From the NCBI GenBank assembly GCA_051294375.1, contig CM119266.1, positions 18,834,087 to 18,898,086 on the forward strand: DNA of 64,000 bases. Reading direction: 5' to 3'. This document shows positions 26,265 to 40,779 of this stretch, piece after piece. Each line of letters starts with the position of its first letter. Position 1 is the stretch's first letter. The notes beneath the pieces were generated by a model, which saw only the letters and a program-made list of their open reading frames with translations, made no database searches and was not told the DNA's origin. This DNA is from Paraspadella gotoi (Eukaryota > Animalia > Chaetognatha). The position numbers were made by a program, and so were the translations under genes.

Positions 26265-26687
26265 AAACGACTGCATATGTTTTAATCGGAAAAATGGAAT
26301 CCATTAGTTTTTCGATTGAAAAATCGATGTCGTTCAGAAGTTTCATCGCATTGGCGGGAAAACGTTTTTGAACGTAGTCGAGCAGACGGCCAGTTGGCCA
26401 GTTGTCGAATTGGCCAGTTGGCCAGTTAGCTAAGCCAAATGAGTACCTGTCGCGTTGGTAAAGACTAGTTTTGAAACTCGTGACGACTCGAAAAAGTCAA
26501 ATTGGGTTCGTCGTTTCGTGATGCAGGAAGGAGAGCAGTGACGATGGTAAATGGGGAATTTGTTTGGTTGGGAAACTTGATTGAGGTTTTCGGTGACACA
26601 ATTTCGTTGACCTGAAAAAGGAATCGGATTCTTGATTTGGCGATGAGGGAAAAAAAAAAGGAGACGACTGAGAAAGAGAAGACGACG

Positions 26688-26795
26688 AGAAGCGATAATG
26701 TTTTCATTATTTTTTTGTATTATACTATTTAACTACATGAGAAGCGATAATGTTTTCATTATTTTTCGTATTATACTATTTAACTACATGAGAAG
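26688..26795 (+). repeat. Near-perfect ~52 bp tandem duplication
   Basis: GAAGCGATAATGTTTTCATTATTTTT..GTATTATACTATTTAACTACATGA occurs twice. Confidence 0.9.
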
Positions 26796-28249
26796 CTACC
26801 TTTTCGAGTTGCATCATGTTTATTGCAAATAAATGCAATATCATATCGGAGCTGAGAGGCTAGCAATTTCTCGTACTACGCGATACTGCGATACTGCATT
26901 ATGCAAAAGATTCTTAGTCTTATGACGAACCAACGTGGAAAGATCGTTCTGCGCCGTTAAGAGAATTAGCGTCGCCCCGTAAATCGTCTCGTTTACTCGG
27001 TCCCTTCCTTAATGACGCAAAACGCATTTGACTTAGAGGGAAACGCGAGTGTGAAAATACTCAACTGTAAGGTTCATCTTTCGACTTATCAACATACATA
27101 CAATTTTCTTTTATTCATTTCGCAAAAAAAATGCCCAACATCTTAGAGAACAGAGAGTCTGAGAGAGAGAGAGAGAGATGAGAGAGAGAACGAGAGAGAG
27201 AGAGAGAGGAGAAGGGAGAGAGAGAGAGAGAGAATTGGTCTTAACGATGTCATAATGAGGTCGTAATGCCACCGTGATGACGACGTGTAGGCGTTGACGA
27301 TTGAGTAGCCACCGACAACAAAATCGAAGTAGAGTCAACAAAAAAACAGTTTTTACAACTGCCTTGACTTGCTAATACTGTTAAGGGGTAAAGAGACTCC
27401 TTTTCAAAGGTACAGAAAATTTTGGTTTTAAACATATAAATTTTCAAAAAAAGGCCTGTCCGGATATACAAGACGCATCTGAGGAGAAAAAGAATTAAGA
27501 GAAGCTTATGAATAACGAAATAAAGAGAAGGTATAAACCTCTTGTCATTTTGCAGAGAAGAAAAATGAAGGGGATTTGGAGGAAACAACAACGGGCTCTC
27601 TTTTCTCCAAGCGCCTCATTTCTGTTTCTTTATCCATAAATTTTAGTTTAACTTTAATATTTAACCCTAATCAATTATCAAACTTATAACCTTAATCCTT
27701 TCATTTTATTATTTTCTTTTCTTTTCATTTTCTTTTCTTTTCTTTTCTTTTTTTTCTTTTTTTTTTGGTTAGTAGGAGATTTACCTCTGTCCAATCTACT
27801 TTATTCCTCTTCTGTATTTATTAATATTACTAATATTGGTTTTATTTTTTAATTATTAATTATATATTAATCTAGTTCTAATCTCTTTCCTTTGCCGTAC
27901 TTCGCTCGTCCGCATGTCAAGTCTTCCTCATGACCCCCGTTTTTTGCCCTTCCTCTACCTCTCCTGCGTATTATTTCATCTCTCCTCTCTCCAACTCCGA
28001 TGCGGTAGAACTTTCTACCATTTCGGGATACTTAAAATAACCTTTGAATGACTTTCGCGAGGTAGTACGGTTGGCGGTCGAAGGCCGTCGCCATCCTGGT
28101 GTCGTCGATAGAAATAAGGCGCCTACGTCGCTGGGGGGCGTTGGTCTTCAATTAAGCGCACGAAGGATAAAGTTGACTCCGTTCGGTCACAACCGCGGAT
28201 TTATCACAACAGGAGAGATTCTATCTCACTTCCACTTTCGGTCGGGGCC

Positions 28250-28830
28250 TCGTCCTTTATTTTTCAACCGTCTCTGCCATTCCTTACTTTGGCACATCGC
28301 TGCGGACCCGAACTTTATCACACCTTCTTGGCCTATGAGACCGAACTTTTTTATCAACCGTCCTGCATTCGCTTACTTTGCGCACAATCTCCGACCGGTC
28401 CATTATTATTATACAGCGTCTGCCATCTTTACTTTGCCACATCTGCAGCCACACTTATTCAGTGCATCTTTACTTGGCCACATCTGTAGCAAATTTTATT
28501 CAACACCGTCTGCCATTCTTACTTTGGCACATGCAGACCCTTTTTCCTTGCTTCTTTATCCTGCCGGACCTCGTCCTTATTTATTCAACCGTCTGGCCAT
28601 TCCTTACTTTGGCCACATCTGCGGAGCACTTTATCACTCATTCTTAACTTTCCACGTCGCCGAACCATCTTCCACTCACCTTGCCATTCCTTACTTTGCC
28701 AGCAATCTGCCGGACACATACTTTTTTAATATCACTGTCTGCCGATTCCTTACTTTATCCACAGTCCGGCAGATGCTGGCATTATTTATTCACTGATTCA
28801 ACCGTTCCTGCCATCTCCTTACTTTGCCAA
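28250..28830 (+). repeat. ~55 bp minisatellite (TTCAACCGTCTGCCATTCCTTACTTTGCCACATCTG...), noisy left-arm copy
   Basis: The core recurs about every 50-60 bp, which explains the 250-aa ORF at 28044-28796. Confidence 0.9.
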
Positions 28831-31360
28831 CCCTCTCCGCTCCGCCACTAACTCATATCCAAAATCGGTCTATACCCCAAATCCCATTTTTACTTTGGGC
28901 GACGATTTAACCCGATTCTCTCTTCGTCTCCTCGCCGGATTATCGTTTCCTTCTCTGTACCCTTCTTTTTCCTCTCTACTTTATTTATTTTATTAGTGTA
29001 ATAGCGTTTTATACTTTTAAGCAGAGACAGAGCGACGAGGATAAATCACGAGAGTGAGACAGAGAGAGAGAGAGAGAAAGAGAAATGTACTTTGTCCGCA
29101 GTTATTTCTCTAAATCAGAAAAGGTCTGACTCTGACGGGGTTTTTCCATTCCGCGTGTCGTTTTTTTCCCAACCCCCGCTCCTCGAAATTCGCTCCGGGG
29201 CGAACGACATCTCCAAGCTGCCATTATCTCGCCGAAACTACGGTGCTTCGCATCGCCGGAATTCGTGTCGTCGTCGTCTCGTGTCGTCTCGTCGTCGTCG
29301 TCGTCGTCTGCCTCGACGCACTTCCTGGCGAAAACTCGGCCTCTGCTTTTTGCTTTCTTTTTTTTTTTGCTTTCTGACGTCAAAAAAATACGAATCTTCG
29401 TTACGATTTCGACGGAGAGGAAAACGACGACGACGAACCGACGACGACGACGACGAACGATAGCGATCTCCCACGCGAACATTCGAGATTCTGTCAACAT
29501 GAAGTTAAACGAATAAGGTCGCTGCTCTCGTACTTAGACGAGGATAATTATCGGCCTCGTTTTTGTCCATTTCGGTTTTTTTTTTTTCGCACCCCAACTA
29601 TAATGGTAAATAATAATGTTTAATAATATTAATAAATATTATTATAATTATCGATTGTTGGTCTCAAGCGGAAACCGCTTTCCTGAGATTCGGATTGCTT
29701 AGTTATTAAACTAAGTATCATCCAGAGATTAAATAATTATAATAATTTTTTCCGAAATTTAAACTAACATGGAGGGCTTTTATATTGTATTACTATAAGT
29801 ATATAAAAAATATAAAAATATTAATTACAAAATTACCACACATATTATAAAATTATTTAGTTATTCCTAAAGATCGAGTCGATGCAGACTTTAACTTTTT
29901 TTTTTTTTTTTAAAATGAGAGTCGAAGTTAGAGAGTGTTGAAAGTCCGATACGATAGTGAACAAGTCGATAGTCGAATAGTCGATGCCCTCGAATAGTCG
30001 GTCCGTCTGTCCGCGTGTTTTCCAGAATTGTACGTCTCTCTGTCGATACGGCGGGAACCAGAAAACAAGATTTTCTCAATCAACTCTTCTTCCCGAAAAC
30101 CGAAGAAGATGGAACTTAGAAGACGAAGAACGAGGACGCAACGACGACGAACGAAACGAACGATGACAAACGACGACGAATGCATGATGAGATGAGAAGA
30201 CGATGATGATGACGACGACGATGACATAACGACTACGACGATGACGATACGAGACATGACGATCGATCGACGACACGAGACGATGATGACACGATAATGA
30301 CGAGAGACAAAGAGATAGAGCGGCGAATGCAATCGAGACGATGACTACGTCTATGATGACGACGATGACAACGACGAACGAATGATGACGTCGACGATGA
30401 CAAAAACGACAAATTGACAACGACAATGACAACGACGATGATGACCAACGATGACGACATCGAGAGAAGACAACGATGATGACGACAGCGACACGAGGAA
30501 GACGTCACTGATGAATGACAATGGACGCGAGATGACCGAGACATGACAGACGACGATGAACAACGAGGAAGACGATGATGATGACGACGAAGATGATTAG
30601 CGAGACAGACGAGATTACGAACGTTGACGAACGAGAGGAATGAGAAGACGACTACTACAGAACACGATGACAACGTGACAAGACACAGATGTCGACGATG
30701 ACAACAATGAAGACAGACACGAGAGATGACAACGACACGAAGACAACGAGTGACGACAGACTGATAGCGAGATGAGACAGACAGTGGCAAGACGATGACA
30801 GAGACATACAACGCGACAGACCGAAACGATGAAACGACATGATCGACAGACAACGAGACGATAGACGATGACGACGACAGATGACACGACTATGAAACGA
30901 CGATGACAACGACGACGTGACGACGAGGGAAAAAGGATGACAACGACGATGACACGACACACAGAGCGCGCTGACGAACGAGGAGGGATACAGACAATGA
31001 AACGATGACGATAACATGACACTGAGTAGAACGATCATTTGACATTAAAGTGAAGAAAAAAATAGGAGATAGTCTTTGTTTTAAATTAATAATTGATAAT
31101 AATACTCGTTTCGTTTTCATGCATGCGTAACATTTGTTTTAATATTTTCTCCCTAGTTCCGAACCAGTACCATTGAGTTGTGTTATCACCGCACCTCATC
31201 ACCATATCACCATATCTTCATTATCAACCATATCATTATCACCATATCACCTTCATCACCATATCACCTAATCAAACTCTCCTTTCTTATTCGGCGTCGA
31301 AGTCAACTCGTTTAGCGAATTCGCGAGATGGAAATGAATTTTGGGCTGAGAAAGAAAAAG

Positions 31361-31443
<83 letters not shown>

Positions 31444-31923
31444 AGAGAGAGAGAGAGAGGCCAACTCACCCAAACTCACCCATGGACCTTTCCTCTGTGT
31501 TCGATCGCGAAGTCTTCAAAATTCATATGAAATTTTTTGGGCAGCGATCTAAAAGAGAAGAGAAGAGAAGAAAAGAAAAAAAAGAAAAGAAAAGAAAAGA
31601 AAAAAAGAAAAGAAAAGAAAAGAAAGAAAAGAAAGAAAAGAAAAGAGAAGAGAAAAAAAAAAAAAAAAAAAGAAAAAAAAAGAAAAGAAGAAAAGAAAAG
31701 AAAAGAAAAAAAAGAAAAAAAAGNNNNNNNNNNNNNNNNNNNNNNNNNNNNNNNNNNNNNNNNNNNNNNNNNNNNNNNNNNNNNNNNNNNNNNNNNNNNN
31801 NNNNNNNNNNNNNNNNNNNNNNNTGAGGAAATGTGGGCGAAGATCAAAAGCGGAGAGAAAAACTCGGCTTCAGCCCGTAATCGTCTCATTACGGAGAGAG
31901 AGAGAGAGAGAGAAGAGAGAGAG

Positions 31924-31964
<41 letters not shown>

Positions 31965-31969
31965 GAGAG

Positions 31970-32006
<37 letters not shown>

Positions 32007-32324
32007 CTTTTTCTTTCTCAGCCCAAAATTCATTTCCATCTCGCGAATTCGCTAAACGAGTTGACTTCGACGCCGAATAAGAAAGGAGAGTTGATTAGGT
32101 GATATGGTGATGAGGTGATATGGTGATAATGATATGGTGATAATGAGATATGGTGATATGGTGATGAGGTGGGTGATAACACAAACTCATGGTACTGGTC
32201 GGACCTGGGGAGAAAATACTTAAACAAATGTAACGGCATGATGAAAACGAAACGAGTATTATTATCAATTATTAATTAAAAACAAAAGACTATCTCCTAT
32301 TTTTTCTTCACTTTAAATGATCAA

Positions 32325-33075
32325 TGATCATCGTCGTCTTACTCGATGTCGTCATCGTCTTCATCGTCATCGTTGTCATCGTCGTCGTTGTCATCGTCGT
32401 CGTCTTCCTCGTTGTCGTCATCGTTGTCATCGTCATCGTCGTCGTCTTCCTTGTTGTCGTCATGGTTGTCATCGTCGTCGTTGTCATCGTCGTCGTCGTT
32501 GTCTTCCTTCGTCGTCTTCGTCGTCATCATCGTCGTCTTCGTCGTTGTCATCGTCGTTGTTGTCATAGTCGTCGTCATCTTCCTCGTCGTCGTCATCGTC
32601 GTCGTTGTCATCGTCGTAATCGTCTTCGTCGTCATCATCATCGTCTTCCTCGTTGTCATCGTCGTCGTTGCCATCCTGGTCATTGTCATCATCGTCGTCT
32701 TCCTCGTCGTCGTCGTCGTCATCATCGTTGTCTTCCTCGATGTCGTCATCGTTGTCATCATCGTCGTTGTCATTGTCGTTGTCATTTTTCGTTTTTGTCA
32801 TCGTCGACGTCATCATCGTCGTCGTTGTCATCGTCGTCATCATAGACGTAGTCATCGTCCTCGTCATTGCCATCCTCGTCAACGTCATCATCGTCGTTGC
32901 AATCATCGTCGTCGTCATCATCATCGTCTTCTTCGTCGTCGTCGTCATAGTCGTAGTCGTCATCGTCGTCGTCATCATCATCGTCTTCCTCATCGTCATC
33001 ATCATCGTCGTCGTTGCCATCGTCGTCGTTGTCATCGTCGTTGTCTTCGTCGTCGTCATCGTCGTCGTCTTCTCA
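32325..33075. repeat. ~750 bp cryptic (GTC/ATC/TTC) trinucleotide repeat, scrambled mirror at ~30120-31035
   Basis: Almost entirely TCG/TCA/TTG/TCT triplets with recurrent CGTCTTCCTCGTTGTC. It gives low-complexity ORFs in several frames. Confidence 0.9.
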
Positions 33076-33673
33076 AGTTCCATCTTCTTCGGTTTTCGGG
33101 AAGAAAGTTATTGAAAATCTTGTTTCTGGTCGCCGTATCGACAGAGAGACGGACAATCTGGAAAACACGCGGACAGACGGACCGACTATCGGGCATCGAC
33201 TATCGACTATCGACTGTCACTATCGTATCGGCTTTCAACGACTCTCTAACTTCGACTCTCAATTTTAAAAAAAAAAGAAAAAAGTTAAGTCGCATCGACT
33301 CGACTCTTTAGGAATAACTAATAATTTTTAAATATTGTGTAATTTTGTAATAATATTTTTTTATCTTTTTATTACTCTATAGTAATACAATATAAAAGCC
33401 TCCATGTTATTAAATTCGAAAAATTATTATAATATTTTATCTCTGGATGATACTTAGTTTAATAACTAAGCAACCGAACCGAAAGCGGTTCCGGGGACGA
33501 GACAATCCGATAATTATAATAATATTATTAATATTATTAACAACATTATTATTCCGTAGTTGGGTGGAAAAAAACCGAATGGACAAAACGAGGCGATAAT
33601 TTCGTCAACGACGAGAGCGCGACTTATTTCGTTAACTCATGTTGACAGAATCTCGTATGTTCGGTGGGAGATT

Positions 33674-33704
<31 letters not shown>

Positions 33705-33821
33705 TTTCCTCTCCGTCGAAATCGTAACGAAGATTCGTATTTTTTGGTCAGAAAAGCAAAAAAAAAAAAGAAGCAAAAAGGCAAGGCGAGTTTTCGCCAG
33801 AGGCGTGCGAGGCAGAGACGA

Positions 33822-33855
<34 letters not shown>

Positions 33856-34257
33856 ATTCCGGATGGAAAGCACGAGTTTCGGCGAGATAATGGCGTTGGA
33901 GATGTCGTCGCCCCGGAGCGATATTTCGAGAGCGGGGGTTGGAAAAAAACAGAACCGAATGGAAAACCCCGTCAGAGTCAGACCTTTTCTATTAAGAGAA
34001 ATAACTGGGACAAAGTACATTTCTCTCTCTCTCTCTCTCTCTGTCTCACTCTCTGATTATCTCTCGCTCTGTCTCTGCTTAAAAGTATGAAACGCTATTT
34101 ACACTAATAAAATAAATAAAGTAGAGAGGAAAAAGAAGTAAGAGAGAAGAAACGATAATCAGGCGAAGGAGACGAAGGAGAAATCGGGTTAAATCGTCGC
34201 CAAAGTAAAAATGGGATTTGGGGTTAGACCGATTTGAATGAGTTTAGTGGCGGAGGG

Positions 34258-35412
34258 AGAGGTGGCAAAGTAAGGAATGGCAGACGGTTGAATAAATAAT
34301 GCCAGATCTGGCCGATGTGGTAAAGTAAGGAATGGCAGACAGTTGAATTAAAAANNNNNNNNNNNNNNNNNNNNNNNNNNNNNNNNNNNNNNNNNNNNNN
34401 NNNNNNNNNNNNNNNNNNNNNNNNNNNNNNNNNNNNNNNNNNNNNNNNNNNNNNNNNNNNNNNNNNNNNNNNNNNNNNNNNNNNNNNNNNNNNNNNNNNN
34501 NNNNNNNNNNNNNNNNNNNNNNNNNNNNNNNNNNNNNNNNNNNNNNNNNNNNNNNNNNNNNNNNNNNNNNNNNNNNNNNNNNNNNNNNNNNNNNNNNNNN
34601 NNNNNNNNNNNNNNNNNNNNNNNNNNNNNNNNNNNNNNNNNNCAGATGTGGCAAAGTAAGGAATGGCAGACGGTTGAATAAAAAAGGTTGGGTCTGGCAG
34701 ATGTGGCAAAGTAAGGAATGGCAGACGGTTGAATANNNNNNNNNNNNNNNNNNNNNNNNNGCCACATCTGCCGGACCCAACCTTTTTATCAACCATTGCC
34801 ATTCCTTTACTTGCCACATTTCTGCCGACCCAAAATCCTTTTTTATTCACCGTACTGCATTCCTCTACTTTGCCACATCTGCCGGACCCGTCCTTATTTA
34901 TTCAACCCGTCTGGCATTCCTTACTTTTGGCCACATCTGCCAGACCTGCCAACCTTTTTTACTTCAAGCCGTCTGCCATTCCTTTACTTTGGCCACTTCT
35001 GCAGACCAACCTTTTTATTCAAGACCGTCTGCCATTCTTACTACTTGCCACAATCTGGCCAGACCCAACCTTTTTATCAACGTCTGCCCATTTTTACTTT
35101 GCCACATCTGCGGACCGTCCTTATTTTTATTCAACCTTGGCCATTCCTACTTTGCACATCTGCCGACTTCGTCCTTAAATATTTCACCGTCTGCCATTCC
35201 TTACTTTGCCACGGTCTGCCGGAACCATCCTTTTCCACTCAACCACTGCATTCCTTACATTTTGCCACATCTGTCCGGACACATACTTTTTAATTCAAAT
35301 GTCTGCCATTTCCTTACTTTAAACCACATCGGCCAGATCTGGCATTATTTATTCACGTCTGCCATTCCTTACTTTGCCACCAAAGTAAGGAATGGCAGAC
35401 GGTTGAATAAAT
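34258..35412. repeat. 55 bp minisatellite array, right-arm copy, with gaps and an internal inversion
   Basis: A clean unit CAGATGTGGCAAAGTAAGGAATGGCAGACGGTTGAATAAAAAAGGTTGGGTCTGG lies at 34643-34697. 34761-35380 runs in the opposite orientation to its neighbours. Confidence 0.9.
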
Positions 35413-36939
35413 AAGGACGGGCCCCCCCGGAAAGTGAAGTGGATAAGAATCTCTCCTGGTTGTGATGAATCCGGGTTGTGACGAAACGGGTCAAACTTTA
35501 TCCTTCGTGCGCCTTATTGACCAACGCCCCCAGCGACGAGGCGCCTTATTTCTATCGGCGCCACCAGGAGGCGACGGCCTTCGACGCCAACCGTCTCCTC
35601 GCGAAAGGTCATTCAAAGGTTATTTTAATATCCCGAAAGGAGAAAGTCTACGCATCGGAGTTGGGTAGAGAGGGGAGATGGAATAATAGCGAGAGAGGTA
35701 AGGAAGGGAAATGAGGGGGTCATGAGGAAGACTGAACTGGGACGAGGAAGTCGGCAAAGAAGGAAGAGAAGAAACTAGATTAATAATAATTAATAATTAA
35801 AAATAATATTAGTAATATTAATAATACGAAGGGAAAAAGTAGATTGGACAGAGGAAATGAAATGGAACGGAATTAATTTAAAATCCTTAAAATAAAAAGA
35901 AAGAAAGAAAACAACAGAAATAATGATAATAAATGAATTATCTAATCGTTTTAATCAACGTCAAGTTCTCTTAAATTACTTTTCCCCCCTTCTATTACTA
36001 AAACAATCTTCAATATAACTTTTTGAATTTATTCATTGGTTTGTCATACTAAAGCCTTTAAATATTTATTTCTATCTAAAATGATAAATTTTAATTTTTT
36101 AAGAACGGTCAAAAAGTTAAATGAGAGTTAGCACTATAATTTTGTTAAATATTAATAAAAAGTGGGTCAAAAATGAACAAAACCCTATAATATTATAATT
36201 ATCATCATAATAAGCATTTCATAGTTTTTTCAAATTTTCAAATTTCAAATTTTCACTGATAAAACCAAAAAAAATAAAAAAATCCAAACTTTATCAGAAA
36301 CTAATTTTGTGTAATAATCCTTTCTTTTTTGTTGTACATAGAACCGAAACATGTACGTTTCATTCTGCCAATTTTCAAACTTTATCCCAGAAACTAATAA
36401 AAAAATTTTAAAATTACAAAATATTTTTTTACCTAATACAATAATAAAAATTTTTTAGTACTGTATTAGATAAAAAAAATCTGCGAGATAAATTTAAAAC
36501 TATTTTCATTTTCATATTCTGTAACAGTATCTTTATCATTATCTATTTAAGATAATTTTAGTTTTCAACCTAGCTCGCTAGGTACAAATTTGGTTAAGTG
36601 GTCCACCACTTTTATACCAGGTCACTCACAATAGCGGTCTGTAACTCCGTCTAGGACCCCACTAATGGACTTGCTCCATTTTGGTGGATATCCCTTAAAC
36701 TTTAGGCTAAAGTATAGCAGTCTCTCAAAAAACTATGACTCTAAAAACGTAGTGCAAGTAAAAAAAAAAAAAACCTCTCGTAATCCTCAAGAAAAAAAAG
36801 AGAAAAAAATTTCTGGCGCCAAAAGTTGACAAATGACGTTGAGTCGTCGTCGTCGTCGGCCTCTTCACGCAGACTCGTTTGACACGTCGGCTCAAACCGA
36901 CGACGTGGCTAAGATTTAGCATCACCGATGGCTTCTCAC

Positions 36940-37595
<656 letters not shown>

Positions 37596-38001
37596 TCTCT
37601 CCTTTTTTTTCTCGTGACATATGACGCTGTATGAAGGCGGAGGAGCGTACGATGGAGAACGATGATGATGATAGTGAAGATGATGATGATGATGATGATG
37701 ATGATTATGATGAAGATTATGATGATGATGATGATGAAAATAAAGTGAAACACAAACAATAAAATGTCTATAAAAATATTTTCTTTTATGAAATTGGTAC
37801 AACCAATATAAAAATTATCCATTCATTTAATAAATAAGCTATCTTGTCCCTGACTTTGGACAGGCTTTGGTAGTTTAAGGCCTCCATCTCTCTTACAAGA
37901 TAATGACATAGCCCGTCCCTGCAAGCTTATGTAACAGCGAAAATGACTATATTTGGTTTCGTCATCGAAGTAACAAGATTCTCAGTTTAGTTTAATTATG
38001 G

Positions 38002-38147
38002 ATTCGTCTTAACTTCCCATCTTGATGGTTGCGCAAGGGTAAATTGTTTCTCGGGGAATATATAACATGTATATTGTATATATATATTCGTCTTAACTTC
38101 GCATCTTGATGGTTGCGCAACGGGAAATTGTTTCTCAGGGAAAATAA
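38002..38147 (+). repeat. Two copies of a ~60 bp unit at ~84 bp spacing
   Basis: ATTCGTCTTAACTTC.CATCTTGATGGTTGCGCAA..G.AAATTGTTTCTC.GGG occurs twice. Confidence 0.85.
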
Positions 38148-38306
38148 CAAGATTCGATCTCATTTGTGTTTTCGTCAAAAACCACGAATCGTTACGTCAC
38201 ACGTTATTCGTTCTCATTGCGTTACAGTGCAATACTGTTCCATGTGCAATAGGATTCCCTTTCAATTTTCGTCATCATCGTTGAACCTGATCGAAGAGTG
38301 ATAATT

Positions 38307-38344
<38 letters not shown>

Positions 38345-38778
38345 TTCTTCCATCGCTTTTACGACTTTTCATTTCTTTCCTCTGTGTGACGCATCCAAGA
38401 TGAATGGAACTACGCGGGGGTTTTCATCAATTTCCTTTACCATTTTTTTTATTTGATCTCAAGTTTGAACATCTATTCTTTTTTTTTTTTGCTCTTCCGC
38501 TTTTGTTCTTCATATTGCATAATTATTAGAAGTAAGTTTAGTACATAAGTGAATTATTTTTTTTCGGTCATGGGAAGAAGTTATTAACTGAATTAACAAT
38601 TTTTAAAAATTAAGCCTTTTTTATTTTTATTTTATTTTTTCTTCAGTATTTGAAAAAGTTAAAAGAATTAAGACAAATAATTTTAAACGAAAAGAATATA
38701 ATAAGATATTAAGATATTAAATGAACAGAAGATATTAATTTGTTTCGATCTGGAAAGCGATTATGTATTCAAACTTAA

Positions 38779-40368
38779 TCACGCTTCTTCGCATAACAAC
38801 GCGTCTATTGACGTTGTATTGACTCTAGATGGCGCAGAGGAATTGAAGATCAATTGATTTTCGATCTTTGACGCAAAATGGACTTCGACAAAACGCATAA
38901 ATTGGGAAAAACTTGGTTTTTCCTCCGACATGAATCCTCCTGGCGGATTTTTTTAATTTTCTCGTTTCCGGCGGAAGAGAAGGCAGGGACGAGCGACAAC
39001 GCCACCTTGGAACTATTGGGAGGCGCCATTACCCGAAGCGCCACCTGATCCCGCTCGTGATAATCTGCGTCACTAAAACCTTGAGAGCGAAATTGTGTTG
39101 GGGAAAGAGAGAGAGAAAAACATGATTCGGTACTGAGAATAAATCCATAAAAAAATCATTGTCTTCTTTCTATCTTATTTTCTTTCTATCTTTCGTTCTA
39201 TAATATAAAGTAATTATGGTTTTGTATTAAATATAGTGAAATATTTGTTACGAAGATAATTTTCCTTTGAAATACTATTGTAAAAGTTGATCCATAAATC
39301 GTTATAATCGTTATAACCAGATACAAGGCAAGCTCTTAATCAAGATGTTGAACCGATGAGGAAGAATCTCGGGGCATAACTTTGAAAGAACTTTTTAAGC
39401 TTTTTCCACACGGATATACTTAGCTAATTTCTTGATGATCAACGCAATTATTAGCATTATAATAGATACCTACGGTAAAATCGAAATCAAAACGTGCGGC
39501 TGTTCAAGTCAACTTTCAAGTACATATTTTTTTTTAAAAATTAACTGTTAGAGGTTTGTTATTGCTATCATAACTATAATATTACTATATAATGATAACG
39601 TTTTTCATAAGAAATCTAAAATTGTTTTCATTAATTCTGATATAGGAATTTTATAAAGTTTTCTCAGTCAAAATTAGGAAAAACTGATAAAATTATGGAA
39701 AGATGATGAGGATGATAATTCTTTTACGGTTTTTCTTATTGTAAACTTTTGATCAAAATATTTTTTTAAAAAAAATTATACTTTTGATCAAAATATTTTT
39801 TTTTAAATTTTGACTGTGTAGACAACTTTCAGCAACCTATTTGAATCCAATTTAAAAAAAAAATTAAATATTTTTAAAATTTTATAGACATTGTGACATT
39901 GTGACATTTAGGGAGAAAAACATTTTTTATTAACCAAAACAAATAAAAATTGTTTTTCTCCCTAATAATCTTCATCATTATCATCATCACACCATAATCT
40001 TAATCAGAATCATCTTCATCATCATCATTATACGTTTAATTATGTCTACCTTTACAATATCTATCTCGTTTTTCAGTAGAAGCCTTTTCCCCAATCTCCC
40101 TCCTCTTGTCACCAGGAAGTCGAGAAGCCGAGATCGGATGACTCCGACGACGAGATCGAATCTTCCCCCTCACTATTCCTAATACCGTCTTCTCATTGGT
40201 CGATTTTTTTCTTTTATCGTCGCTGATTGGTTGGAAAGAAGGTAATAAGTAAAAACTGTAGACAAAAAAAGGGGAAAAAAAGTCATCTAAGGAGGAAACG
40301 ACGCCAAGAATGGGGACCCTAAATGGCGCGTCATTATCTGGGCGGTAAGGATATCATTAAAACTGGAA

Positions 40369-40426
<58 letters not shown>

Positions 40427-40683
40427 GAGATGGCGAGGGACATTAGGCACATTTGCTAGAGGCGGGAGAGGCTGATGTGAAGGATTGCGTGAGACGAGTT
40501 TCACGACGCAAAACAATGAATCCAAGAAACTTGGAAATCGCCTAATGTCTACACCAAAGTCTCGACCCTTAATTCATATAATCTCTTTAAATTCATTTTG
40601 ATGAAATTACATTTTCTATTACTTTACTCAGTTCAGTTCTTTCTGACTTCGACCGCTCAATCTCTTTCCATTTATATATACGG

Positions 40684-40779
<96 letters not shown>

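Larger units (their letters stand above)
27779..35858. repeat. ~8 kb palindrome: arms ~27779-31458 and ~31972-35858, with a 100-N gap in the centre
   Basis: TTACCTCTGTCCAATCTACT (27781) pairs with AGTAGATTGGACAGAGG (~35838-35854). TTCGCGAGATGGAAATGAATTTTGGGCTGAG (31320) pairs with CTCAGCCCAAAATTCATTTCCATCTCGCGAA (~32017-32047). The arms are collinear throughout. Confidence 0.95.

Noticed and set aside
28044-28796. 250-aa ORF with repeated AIPYFA motifs (ankyrin- or LRR-like?)
   Set aside because: The underlying unit is 55 bp, not a multiple of three, and the frame is not kept in the cleaner copy.
28250-35412. 55 bp array as a CRISPR array
   Set aside because: Units are head-to-tail with only short, related variable parts rather than unique spacers. 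The context is eukaryotic and no cas genes are present.
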